From: Octopus sinensis
Taxonomy: Eukaryota
Assembly: GCF_006345805.1 (NCBI RefSeq)
Contig: NW_021834815.1
Span: 1-46,456, forward strand
Length of the DNA: 46,456 nucleotides
Reading direction: 5' to 3'
Part shown: positions 1 to 11,863 of the stretch, one piece after another
Layout: every line of letters starts with the position of its first letter
How positions within the stretch are numbered: position 1 is the first letter of the stretch
Notes under the pieces: model-generated
The model's database searches: none
What the model was told of the DNA's origin: nothing
The model's input: only the letters and a program-made list of their open reading frames with translations
Made by a program: the position numbers and the translations under genes

Positions 1-1125
1 CTGCGACTCGATGAATAAAACTCTGTCATTGTTCCACATCTTACTTAATAACTGAGAAAAAATGTTGCGGAAGGCCGTAAAAACCGGGGGAGAGGGTTTA
101 GTTGCTGCAGACCCCATTCGATACCAGTGGTCTAAGAAAATAAGATCCAGAAGGAAGAAAAGAACTTGGACCGGGTCTCTTTTTTTACTACACTGCGACC
201 AAGGTAAATTAGTTTAAAGGCCAGTTCATCCCTCCTTAGGATTGCTATGGAGCGTTTCTTGATCTTATCATCAGTAGGAACTCTCATCTCTACTGCGCCG
301 TATTTTTCCCCGCTGACAACATATGTTTTGTTGCCCCAGATTGTTCTCAGGCTGTTTTCTATTTGCTGCTGTGTTGCCCGCACATCTTTTGATACTTTCT
401 GTTTCTAAAGATTTGCATACTGCAGTTTTGAAATTCGTTTCTTGCAGGATAGGTTCTGGTACGGTTAAAGTAACATTTTGTTCAGACCTCTGAAGTACAG
501 TAATGCCTCGATATACGTGTTAATTTGTTCCCGGAGACCGCTTGTATAGCGAAAACTCGTAAAGCAGAGCAATAATTTCTCATAGTAGCAATGTCATAAA
601 TCGTAATTCGTTCCCAGAAAAGTATTTTACCTAAAAATGTATAATACTCATAAATAAATGGCAATAAAACAACAGTGGAATGTAAAGAATATTTTATGTA
701 AAGTAAAAGAAATGTCAAGATCATTTATAATAAAAGAAATATTATTATTATAATAATCATTTCATGAATCAGTTTCATTCGCACTAGACTCGCGCACACC
801 ATCACTTATAGATGCGATCGCTGATTCACAAGTACTCGTAGACGGACTTGTAGATTTCTTTAAAAAAAAGTCTAGAGTTGTTTGCTTAGAAGAAGCTTTT
901 ATTCCGTCGCTATATGCAGCTGTATAGTTGTGCCAGAACCAGTGTAGCTACATGTTGCGATACACACAAAATGGTTGTTTAAACTTTTTGTATTTATTGT
1001 AAAATAAAACTCGTAAGCCCGGGGTCTCGTTAAGCGGATCCTCGTAAAGTGAGGTATTACTGTATACTTTTCGCACTTTCCTGACAATAAAATAATTTCT
1101 TTAATGATGTGGCGATCTGACATTA
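1..1125 (-). pseudogene. Probable decayed L1/Tx1-like ORF1 N-terminal remnant, interrupted by a MITE
   Basis: ORF 132..383 (TYVVSGEKYGAVEMRVP...AFKLIYLGRSVVK) resembles the N-terminus of Tx1-like ORF1 proteins as I recall them. Removing the 498-1062 MITE rejoins the flanks (…VRKVYFRGLNK…). Stops and frameshifts are present. Recognition is from memory only. Confidence 0.35.
498..1062. mobile_element. pogo/Tigger-like (Tc1/mariner superfamily) MITE, 565 bp
   Basis: Imperfect TIRs: CAGTAATGCCTCGATATACG (498-) and the reverse complement of CGTAAAGTGAGGTATTACTG (-1062). TA target duplication at 496-497 and 1063-1064. No transposase ORF. Confidence 0.85.
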
Positions 1126-1442
1126 AAATAATTTCTCCTACGATCTGTTTTCATTTTTAGTATTGGCGGAGACGGAGGTGGGACGTGCAGGTGTGTTGAA
1201 AGAATAATTTAATTTGTTTTTCTATTCTAATTTTGTTGTTGTTGTTGCTGTTTTTGCTATTGTTGTTTTTGCTATACTTGTTTTTTACTACTATTTTTGT
1301 TGTTGTTGACGTTTTAGTCGCCACTGGTGTTGCTAATGGTGATGTCGATTCGTTTTAAAAGCGGGAAAATTTCAAAAAGCCAACAAGCCTCAGGGGATGC
1401 TAGTTGCCTTAATAACAAATCGGAACAACAACGACGACGTCG

Positions 1443-1803
1443 AAGAAGAAGAAGAAGAAGAAGAAGAAGAAGAAGAAGAAGAAGAAAAGAAGAAGAAGAA
1501 GAAGAAGAAGAAGAAGAAAAGAAGAAGAAGAAGAGAAAAAAAGAAGAAGAAGAAGAAGAAGAAGAAGAAGAAGAAGAAGAAGAAGAAGAAGAAGAAGAAG
1601 AAGAAGAGAAGAAGAAGAAGAAGGAAGAAGAAGAAGAAGAAGAAGAAGAAGAAGAAGAAGAAGAAGAAGAAGAAGAAGAAGAAAAGAAGAAGAAGAAGAA
1701 GAAAAGAAGAAGAAGAAGAAGAAGAAGAAGAAGAAGAAGAAGAAGAAGAAGAGAAGAAGAAGAAGAAGAAGAAGAAGAAAAGAAGAAGGAAAATAATAAT
1801 AAT
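1443..1803 (+). repeat. (GAA)n microsatellite followed by a short (AAT)n
   Basis: Direct inspection; it explains the poly-E/K/R ORFs at 1327-1864. Confidence 0.98.
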
Positions 1804-1809
1804 AAAAAT

Positions 1810-1995
1810 CTTTTTTTACTCTAGGCACAAGGGGAGGGGTAAGTCGATCATATTGGCCCAGTGATCGACTGGTACTTATTTAATCGATCATGGAAGGATG
1901 AAAGGCAAAATCAACCTCAACGGAATTTGATCACTGAACATAAAGACAGGTGAAATATTTGCTAAGAATTTTGCCTGGCGAGTTTACGATTACGC
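1810..1995 (-). mobile_element. tRNA-derived SINE family A, degraded copy
   Basis: Reverse complement matches the family A body (…GAGTTCAAATTCCGCCGAGGTCGACTTTGCCTTTCATCC…AAGTACCAG…) seen at 23125, 26932 and 41128. Confidence 0.75.
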
Positions 1996-2051
<56 letters not shown>

Positions 2052-2053
<2 letters not shown>

Positions 2054-2612
2054 TGGAAGCTATGCCAACATTATGGAATAACAACAGAAAAAAGATGGTA
2101 TAGGCACACACCAGAAAAGGTCACAGAAAACGAGAAAGCAACCATACTCTGGGATATGCCGATACACACAGATAGAGAAATTAAGGCCAACAGACCAGAT
2201 ATAGTTGTCAGAGATCATGAAGAAAGAAAATGCTTTCTAATTGATGTATCAATACCGGCAGATGACAACGTGTCTCTAAAAGAAATGGAGAAACTCTCAA
2301 AATACAAAAACCTGGAAATAGAGGTAACTAGAATGTGGAACCTGAAAACAGAAACAATTCCTATCATAGTAGGTGCATTAGGCATGATAAAAAAATATTC
2401 AGACAAATACATAACAAAAACACGAGGACTTACAAACACATATAACATACAGAAAATTGCACTACTAGGCACTGCACACATCCTACGCAGAACACTTTCC
2501 ATACAATAACCATCAGAGCATCACAACAAATCACAGCACATACCCAAGGCACACAGAGCTGCGCTCGGTAGTGAAGTGAAAGCACGCTATAAAAATAAAA
2601 ATAAAACTACTG
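2052..2612 (+). mobile_element. R4/Dong-like non-LTR retrotransposon 3' fragment (RLE domain + 3'UTR), copy a
   Basis: ORF 2156..2509 (ANRPDIVVRD…FLIDVSIP…EKLSKY) is a PD..D..K restriction-like endonuclease, nearly identical to the C-terminus of the ORF at 23783..25426. Flanked by (AAT)n on both sides. Confidence 0.93.
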
Positions 2613-2679
2613 AATAATAATAATAATAATGATAATAATAATAATGATAATAATAATAATAATAATAATATAATAATAA

Positions 2680-2725
<46 letters not shown>

Positions 2726-2727
<2 letters not shown>

Positions 2728-3283
2728 TGGAAGCTATGCCAACATTATGGAATAACAACAGAAAAAAGATGGTATAGGCACACACCAGAAAAGGTCACAG
2801 AAAACGAGAAAGCAACCATACTCTGGAATATGCCGATACACACAGATAGAGAAATTAAGGCCAACAGACCAGATATAGTTGTCAGAGATCATGAAGAAAA
2901 AAATGTTTTCTAATTGATGTATCAATACCGGCAGATGACAACGTGTCTCTAAAAGAAATGGAGAAACTCTCAAAATACAAAAACCTGGAAATAGAGGTAA
3001 CTAGAATGTGGAACCTGAAAACAGAAACATTCCTATCATAGTAGGTGCATTAGGCATGATAAAAAAATATTCAGACAAATACATAACAAAAACACGAGGA
3101 CTTACAAACACATATAACATACAGAAAATTGCACTACTAGGCACTGCACACATCCTACGCAGAACACTTTCCATACAATAACCATCAGAGCATCACAACA
3201 AATCACAGCACATACCCAAGGCACACAGAGCTGCGCTCGGTAGTGAATGAAAGCACGCTATAAAAATAAAAATAAAACTACTG
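2726..3283 (+). mobile_element. R4/Dong-like 3' fragment, copy b (tandem duplicate of copy a)
   Basis: Same 5' breakpoint (AATTGGAAGCTATGCC) and same 3' end as 2052-2612, with a few single-base indels. Confidence 0.93.
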
Positions 3284-3317
3284 AATAATAATAATAATAA
3301 TGATAATAATAATAATG

Positions 3318-3388
<71 letters not shown>

Positions 3389-3389
<1 letters not shown>

Positions 3390-3912
3390 GCCCTGAATCT
3401 GTATCAGGCAGTGGCTCTCATGGCTTTTGATCTTAACTGATTGGAAGTTTTTCTGCTCAATACCACAGATATGCTTGTCTGATGTTTGACCTTAACCAGT
3501 TGAGCATGTCCCATAGCGGCTAAAGATATGTGCATCTCTGATCACGATCAGAAGTAGTGGCGGGGGCGCATCATAGCCATGTGTTGAGAGGAATTCTTTG
3601 GGGTTTGGATAATTCCCCTTTAGAAACATAGGTGTTTCGTTCAACATCCTTAAACAACTCTTATTCGGGGACCTTTCGAGGGGGTGGGCTACTCGACCTA
3701 AAGAAAATTCTAACTGGGCTCCCACCTGCAAGGTCGTGCGCTGTTAATCTTGATATATCACCATGTCGCGCACATATAGTTGTGATGTATGTGGCTGGTG
3801 TACCCTTATCAGACGGGTAGTTATGATGTGTAGGTATAATGGGCTTAGTATATTTTACCTCTCACTCAATAATAATAATCATTATCATTGAGTGCTCTCT
3901 CACTCAATAATA
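3389..3912 (+). mobile_element. Unclassified ~0.5-kb non-coding interspersed repeat ('element X') with an (AAT)n tail
   Basis: Reverse complement of 26376-26922 over its whole length. Ends in CTCTCACTC-AATAATAAT. No recognisable ORF. Confidence 0.8.
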
Positions 3913-3936
3913 ATGATGATAATAATGATAATGATG

Positions 3937-3968
<32 letters not shown>

Positions 3969-4124
3969 GATAATGATAATGACGATGATAATAATGATAA
4001 TGACGATGATAATAATGATAATGACGATGATAATAATGATAATGACGATGATAATGATAATGACGATGATAATAATGATAATGACGATAATGACGATAAT
4101 GATAATGACGACGACGACGACGAC

Positions 4125-4171
<47 letters not shown>

Positions 4172-4190
4172 CAACGACGACGATGATGAT
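3905..4190 (+). repeat. Compound (GAT/AAT/GAC)n microsatellite
   Basis: Direct inspection; it explains the poly-D/N and poly-M/I ORFs. Confidence 0.97.
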
Positions 4191-4632
4191 TCCTATCATA
4201 GGAACAAGCCCTCAAATCTTTGTGTGGAAATAATTAGTTGTTTAATTGTTTTTTAAGTGTGGCATCAGTAATAGCAGAGCCTGGTCGAAACTTCGAAGTT
4301 GATGGACAAGATCATCTTGCCTGCGATCCCTGAAGCAGAAAAAGAAACTGAGTTGTCAATTTACCTTGGCCATGGGAAAAGAGAAGTGGACAGCGGTGAA
4401 AGAGGGGGGGGGGAATGCAGGATGAGAATGACCTACGGTAGAAACGACGGAAGCAAGCCCCAGATTCCATAACTGGGCCATTGCAGAAAATACTTGCCGA
4501 AGATGCTCTGCAGTGGGACCGAACGTGGAACCACATGACTTCGGGGCGAATTTCTTTACCTCACGATTATTCTTGCGACTAAATCTAGGGTATGAAAGGA
4601 ATTCGATTTAACAGCCAATATTAACGATTTGA

Positions 4633-4867
4633 AGGGCAGCGATCTGGCAGAGCCACTAGCACGCTGAATCACATGTTTAGCAGCATTTCTTCTGGCTTAA
4701 CGTTCTGAGTTCACAACCCGCCGAGATCGACTTTGCCTTTCATTCTTTCGAGGATCAATGAAATTAATACCAGTAGAGCACTGGCGATTAATGTAATCGA
4801 CAAAAACCTCTTACCCCCCCCCCCCCCAACAAATTCCAGGTCTTGCGCCTATAGGAGAAAGGATTAT
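4633..4867 (+). mobile_element. SINE family A, near full length, degraded
   Basis: Head GGCAGCGATCTGGCAGAG, B-box-like TGAGTTCAC, family body and GGAGAAAGGATTAT tail. Confidence 0.8.
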
Positions 4868-4949
4868 GGACGATTTGAACGTGCATTTGCAGGGCCTTCT
4901 CTCGTCTGTTAGCAGGTCTCCACTCAAAGTTTATCGAAGGAGGGGAGGA

Positions 4950-5250
4950 TATCCATCATCACCACCATCACCATCGTTATCGTCGTCATCATCATCATCG
5001 CCATCATTATTATCGTCGTCGTTGTATTATCATCATCATATCACCACCACCACCACCACCACCACCATTATCATCATCATCATCGTCGTCGTCATCATTA
5101 TCATCGTCGTCTTCGTCGTGGTCGCCATCATCATCATACCACCACCACCACCACCACCACCACCACCATCATCACCATCATCACCACCATCATCATCATC
5201 ATCATCAAAATCACCATCGGCAGCAGCGACAATAACAACAGCAAAAAAAA
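4950..5250 (+). repeat. (CAT/CAC/CGT)n low-complexity tract
   Basis: Direct inspection. Confidence 0.95.
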
Positions 5251-5654
5251 ATACAGCAACACATAATAAGCCAAATACTAGGGTCTTGTACGTACGAAAG
5301 AAATCCATTATTACTTTCTATCTTTGTCACCTGCCTTTTTCTTTCTGGTCAGTTTCTGATACTATACAGCTGTTTTGATACTATTCAACTAGGTTTTTGA
5401 TGCTATACAGCCGGTTGTGTAACATTTAATAAATGGGCCGCTAATCGCACGTCACTTAGCCGTCTTCCACAGCACCACAACTAACTAAATAAGTGAGAAA
5501 AAGGGAGAAGAAAAAAAAGAAAAGAAAGGAAGAAACTATGAAGAACGGAGATAAGATCCAATGTCACGTGAAGGTCACAATGTATACACACACACATGCA
5601 CACATGCACACGCACATACACACACACGCACGCACACGCACATATACACACGCT

Positions 5655-5687
<33 letters not shown>

Positions 5688-5795
5688 AGGAGGAAGGCTG
5701 TCTCTTATAACAAGACTGATATCACCTTCAGACGTGTGTTAGTGTTTGTGTATATATGTGTATATGTTTATGTGTATGAGTGTGTGTGTGTGTGT

Positions 5796-5828
<33 letters not shown>

Positions 5829-5949
5829 GAGTAGGTGGTAGAAGAAAAGTTGAGAATGTACCTAATAGCAACAATGCCAATGTTAACATCAACACCACCA
5901 CCGACTCCATCATCGACGTCTCCCTCGCTTTTTTATCGCAACGAGCGTG

Positions 5950-6720
5950 ACTATCATCATCATCATCATCGTCATCATCATCATCATCATCATCGTCATC
6001 GTCATCATCATCGTCATCGTCATCATCATCATCATCATCGTGATCGTCATCATCGTCATCATCATCGTGATCGTGATCGTCATCATCATCATCATCATCG
6101 TGATCGTCATCATCGTCATCATCATCATCATCGTCATCATCATCATCATCATCGTGATCGTCATCATCGTCATCATCATCATCATCGTTATCATCATCGT
6201 CATCATCATCAACCTCGTCGTCGCCGTCGTTGTTGTCATCGTCGTCGTTGTCATCGTCATCATCATTATCATCATCGTCATCGTCGTCGTCATCATCGCC
6301 ATCGCCGTCGTTGTTGTCATCGTCGTCGTCGTCATCATCTTCGTCATCATCATCGTCGTCGTCATCGTCATCGTCGTCGTCATCGTCATCGTCGTCGTTG
6401 TTGTCATCGTCATCGTCGTGGTCACTATCATCATCATCACCATCGTCGTCATCATCATAATCATTTTATCAACCATCGGGATGACCGCCACCATCAACTA
6501 CCTCCACCATCACTAATGTCGCCCTCACCAAGACAATCACCATCAGTAACATACAACCTATATCATGACCACCACATCTCCATCACGATCACTACAACCA
6601 CCGCGGATAAAGGCACTGAAACCGCCACTCCATCACCACTCACTCCATCACCACCACCGTCACTTACATCATGATCACCATTACATTCACCATCACCACC
6701 ATCATCTCCCCACCATCTCA
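5950..6720 (+). repeat. Large compound (CAT/CGT)n microsatellite
   Basis: Direct inspection. It is open in several frames on both strands, so the His/Arg-rich ORF 5835..6674 is a repeat read-through. Confidence 0.95.
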
Positions 6721-6901
6721 CCGAAGTACAATGACCGTCACCAAACCTCCACCCCTTATTTTTCCAGCTTCAAGGGAAAGTTGTACAAGTTAGAATAAGA
6801 GCTAGCTATAAATGAAGAAGTTTGCCCCTGTACTAATTACGGCAATGGTGAGAAGTACTTCATACCCAACAAAACAGCAGGTATGCTAATTAAGTTAATT
6901 A

Positions 6902-7033
6902 GGTATAGGTATGTGGTAAGTAGTTTGCTTCCCAATCATGTGACACCTTGGGAAAATGTTTTCTGCGGTAGCATTGGGCCAACGAAAGTCTTGTGAGTGG
7001 ATTTAGCAGACGGAAACTGAAAGAAGCCTCTTG

Positions 7034-7129
<96 letters not shown>

Positions 7130-7152
7130 ATCTGTCTGTCTGTCTGTCTATC

Positions 7153-7215
<63 letters not shown>

Positions 7216-7450
7216 GTGTGTGTGTGCGCGCGCGTGTGTGTGTATTTAAGCTTGTGTTTGTTCCTCACCACTGCTTGACAACTGATGTTGGTTTGTTTAC
7301 GTCACCGTAACATAGCGGTTCGGCAAAAATGACCGATAAAATAAGAACCAAGCTCAAAACAAAGATACTGCAGTTGATCCACTCAGCTAGAATTCTTCAA
7401 GATGCTGCTCAGCCATGGCCGCAGTCTAATGACTGAAGCAAGTAAAAAAA
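6902..7450 (+). mobile_element. SINE family B (tRNA head, CORE-like segment, internal microsatellite), with an (ATCT)n linker
   Basis: GACACCTTGGG resembles the CORE motif GACCTTGGGCAAGT. Family blocks GACGGAAACTGAAAGAAGC and GCTTGACAAC…ATGGCCGCAGTC…TGACTGAA are present. Confidence 0.85.
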
Positions 7451-8000
7451 AAACAGAAGAAAGAAAATAGTAAGTGTAGTCACGAAACTAAATACTACCT
7501 GGCTAATTTTTCAATAAAACTATCTTGATTGAAACACTGAATGCTAAAGAGGACTATTATCTACAGTTTTGAGGTACTAAAACTGCAGATTACCTGTAGG
7601 CAAGACAAACTGGAAGTCAAGATAATGAAGACCTAAAAATGCAGATAGCCTAAAGCTTACTGAGTTATTTTTGCAGTTATTCCTTTGTTAATGAATTTAT
7701 GCTGCATCGTTCAGAACTATTAATAATATATAGCTGCTGTATGTTTGAATTTAATGGTAATTTGATACTGTTCTTTACTATAGTGTACTCACATCCAAAG
7801 ATAATACATTCGAATATCACAGAAATTTCAACTCCATAACATGTTTCTACGTCTTGTGCCGTACGAGAGTGCTATAAATTCAACTTCGTTCCGATTTTTA
7901 TGCATACTACCCGGCTGATGAAGTTCCTACATCTGTTTATGTCCCAGCGTAGCTATACAACCAACGACTAGTCACATACGGATTCCAGTATCTTATATTT

Positions 8001-8216
8001 ACTCTTTGCTCTCTTTTACTTGTTTCAGTCATTTGACTGCGGGCATGCTGGAGCACCGCCTTTAGTCGAGCAAATCGACCGCGGGACTTATTCTTTGTAA
8101 GCTCAGTACTTATTCTATCGGTCTCTTTTGCCGAACCGCTAATTGACGGGGACGTAAACACACCAGCATCGGTTGTCAATCGATATTAAGGGGACAAGCA
8201 CAGACACACAAAACAC

Positions 8217-8264
<48 letters not shown>

Positions 8265-8441
8265 TATATATATATACATACGACAGGCTTCTTTCAGTTT
8301 CCGTCTACCAAATCCACTCACAAGACTTTGGTCAGCCCGAGGCTATAGCAGAAGACACTTGCCCAAGATGCCACGCAGTGGGACTGAACCCGAAACCATG
8401 AGGTTGGTTAGCAAGCTACTTACCACACAGCCACTCCTGCC
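8001..8441 (-). mobile_element. SINE family B, full-length copy
   Basis: On the minus strand: head GGCAGGAGTGGCTGTGTGGTAAG (A box), GGGTTCAGTCCC (B box), CORE-like CATCTTGGGCAAGTGTCTT, (TG)n linker and A-rich GTAAAAGAG tail. Confidence 0.9.
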
Positions 8442-8454
8442 ATTATTATTTTTT

Positions 8455-8800
8455 TTTATCTGTTTCATTCACCAGACTGCAGCCATGCAGGATCACCGCC
8501 TTGAATTTTTTTTTTTTTAGTCGAGTAACTCTACTTCAGTACCTATCTTTTTAAAGCTTGATGTTTATTCTATCGTTCTCCAATGCTGAATCGCTAAGTT
8601 TAGCGTACATAAACAAACCAACACCAGTTGTCAAGCGGTGTTAGATGACACACATAACACACACACATGACGGGTTTCTTTCAGTTTCTGTCTATCAAAT
8701 CTACTCACAGGGATTTGGTTGCCCCGAGGCTATAGTGGAAGACACTTGCCCGAGGTGCCTCATTGAACCCCTGAACCATGTTGTTGGCAAGCAAGCTTCT
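8455..8800 (-). mobile_element. SINE family B, degraded copy
   Basis: Same blocks as 8001-8441 with deletions. Confidence 0.8.
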
Positions 8801-8805
8801 TTTTT

Positions 8806-9012
8806 TTCTTTATTGCCCACAAGGGGCTAAACATAGAGGGGACAAACAAGGATAGACAAAGGAATTAAGTCGATAACATCGACCCCAGTGCGTAACTGAA
8901 ACTTAATTTATCGATCCCGAAAGGATGAAAGGCTAAGTCGAACATAACGGCAGACGAAATACGGCTACGCATTTCGCCCGGCGTGTTAACGTTTCTGCCA
9001 GCTCGCCGCCTT
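8806..9012 (-). mobile_element. SINE family A with the 3' 'TTAATCC…AAAGAAATA' module
   Basis: Minus-strand head GGCGGCGAGCTGGCAGAAACGTTA; internal deletion; ends in the ~70-bp module also seen at 15465, 23245 and 41170. Confidence 0.85.
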
Positions 9013-9430
9013 TACTACACAACTGCGCCTGCGCTTCTATTTTCATTTTAAGCTATATATCACGGGTATTTTTTAAATTTTGCTAGGTTGCATAATTGTC
9101 TGCTGATTCATTTATTAGTTTAAACTTCAAGCTTATTGAATTCCAGGCAAGAATACTGATATAAGAATACATTCAAGCTGCATATTTCAGATGCCAATGA
9201 TAAGTATGTATATTGTTTAGCAACATGTCATCCATCTTTACATTCCGAGTGCAAATTCCACCGAGATCGACTTTGCTTTCATCCTGCAGTGATCGATTTA
9301 ATCGACTTACCCCTCCCCCGGGGTGTCAAAATTTGAAAGCATTATTATTGCTGTCGGTATTATTGTTGATAACGCGTTTCTATTACCAGTCGTGCATATA
9401 TAAACTCGCATGCACATTGTTTATATATAT

Positions 9431-9499
<69 letters not shown>

Positions 9500-9770
9500 A
9501 ATATATATAAATTACAAATTGAGATAGGGGTTGTGAGTGTAACCCACTATGTGATAATATATATCCAATATACTGCCAGTAAAGCACCCAATAAAGTTAA
9601 TACATAAATGTTAAGAATTGCGATGCAATTAATTCATTTATTGTATTATATGGGCGAAGGTAAAATGTTTTACCACAAATTCATAATACAAAATAAGAAA
9701 ATGGAGGAATTTTCTTATTTTGCATTATAAATATATATATATTTATATATATATACATATATACATTCTT

Positions 9771-10002
9771 TTATGCTTTTACTTATTTCAGTCATTTGAC
9801 TGCAGCCATGCTTGGGCACCACCTTTGGTCGAACAAATCGACCCCTGGACTTATTCTTTGTAAGCCAAGTACTTATTCTATCGGTCTCTTTTGCCAAACC
9901 ATTTAGTGGCGGGGGCGTAAACACACCAACACCGGTTGTCAAGCGATGGTAGAACAAACAGAGACACATACACGAATATATACATATACATATGTATATA
10001 TT

Positions 10003-10037
<35 letters not shown>

Positions 10038-10122
10038 CAACAGGCTTCTTTCAGTTTCCGTCTACCAGATCCTCTCACAAGGCTTTGGTCAACCCGAGGC
10101 TATAGTAGGAGACACTTGCCTA
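9771..10122 (-). mobile_element. SINE family B, lacking the head
   Basis: Family blocks on the minus strand with a (TA)n linker. Confidence 0.85.
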
Positions 10123-10145
10123 AATTGGTATACAGTGGTACTGAA

Positions 10146-10495
10146 GGTGCAGGTGTGGCTGTATGGTAAGAAGATTGCTTCCCGACTACATGGTACCGGG
10201 TTCAGTCCCACTGCGTGGCACCTTGGGCAAGCGTCTTCAACTATAGCCTTGGGCTAACCAAAGCTTTGAGAGCAGATTTGGTAGACGTGTTTATCTCCCC
10301 ATCATCGCTTGACAACCGGTGTTGGTGTGTTTATGTCCCCGTATCTAAACGGTTCGTCAGAGAGACTGATAGAATAAGTACTAGGCTTTTAAAAAAAAAG
10401 TCCTGGGGTCGAATTGTTCGACAAAAACAATTCAAGACGGTGCTCCTGCATGGCCGCAGTCAAATGACTTAAAGAAACGAAAGAATGAAAGAATA
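10146..10495 (+). mobile_element. SINE family B, linker-deleted variant
   Basis: Head GGTGCAGGTGTGGCTGTATGGTAAG, CORE-like GGCACCTTGGGCAAG; GTAGACG joins directly to TGTTT with no microsatellite. Confidence 0.88.
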
Positions 10496-10855
10496 TGTAT
10501 GTATGTATGTATGTATGTATACACACGCGCATACTTTTACACACTTTTGAATGATTGAACGTAAAATGGCGCATAAAATCGTGTCTTTTGGGTAGACATT
10601 GAAATGCTTTGAAGAGGAAGCAATAATAAAAGCCATAAAATTAAACGGACACACTGAAAACTTCCACTAGAGAGGTACGAAAGAAGAAGACGAAGTGAAA
10701 GAATTAGGAGAGGAGGAGGAGGAAGAGGAGGAGTGAATGTGCAAAATGCAAAAGAGGAGGAAACGATGGAAGGAAAGAGAAAATGAAAGAGAGATAAAGA
10801 GCGTGATCAGTGAATGTATTATTATAATTATAATAATAATTATTATTATTATTAC

Positions 10856-10920
<65 letters not shown>

Positions 10921-11611
10921 ATAATAATAATAATAATAATAACAATAAAAAATAATGATAAAATGAATAAGAGCAATAAACAAACAGTTGTAATAACAAT
11001 AACAACAGCAACAGTAATAGCTAAAACATTAAAATGTGATAAAAAAAAAAAAAGCAGGAATAAGGAACTAATGTTAAGCAATTAATGTTCCCTTGGTGAT
11101 GACCTTTTGTTTCATCTGACCTCGAAAGCTCATCTGAATCGCTGGATAAACTATTATATATATATATATATATAATATATATAATATATATATACACACA
11201 TATATAAATATACATATATATATATTATACATAATATATACGGTGTGTGTGTGTGTAGTCTGGCGCTGGTGGTATATGTTGGTTATGGTTTATTATAAAA
11301 CAACATTTGTTCATACAGTCCATTTATCATTTTGTCTTCGCTCGTCTGACCGTTACATTCAACGACCAACTCATTCAGTGAGACATGTCAACTATTCATG
11401 CAGAAATACCCATCTCATCTCTCTCTCTCCCGCTCTCTCTCTCTCTCTGTCTTTCTCTCCCATCTCTCTCTCTCTCTCTCTGACCTTATTTATTCTTGTC
11501 TGTCTCTTTCTTCACTCTGTCGCACTCATCATTCTCTGTTTTCCTTTTCCTTCTCTTCTTATATTCTCTCTCTTTTCACCTCTCCCTCGATCCCTTTCAA
11601 ACATACACACG

Positions 11612-11649
<38 letters not shown>

Positions 11650-11823
11650 AAGACTCTCTCTCTCTCTCTCCCTCCTTCTCTCTCTCTTCTCTCTCCCTCC
11701 CCTCTCTCTCTCTCTTTCCCTCTCTTGCTGAGAATACATTGAGAAGAAATTCATGTCTGAGCAGATGATACTGTAATGATTGTGAGGTGACACTGTGGGT
11801 CTGATTGAATGTAAACACACACA

Positions 11824-11863
<40 letters not shown>

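Noticed and set aside
1327-1864. Poly-E/K/R ORFs
   Set aside because: (GAA)n read-through.
4280-4490. Purine-rich stretch resembling a LINE C-terminus
   Set aside because: No diagnostic motif could be aligned.
5835-6674. 279-aa His/Arg-rich ORF
   Set aside because: It lies wholly in a CAT/CGT microsatellite that is open in multiple frames on both strands; no domain or codon signal.
7915-7980. CTGATGA-A-GTTCC, possible hammerhead 5' half
   Set aside because: No closing helix II strand or GAAA follows before the next SINE; at most a truncated pseudo-LTR.
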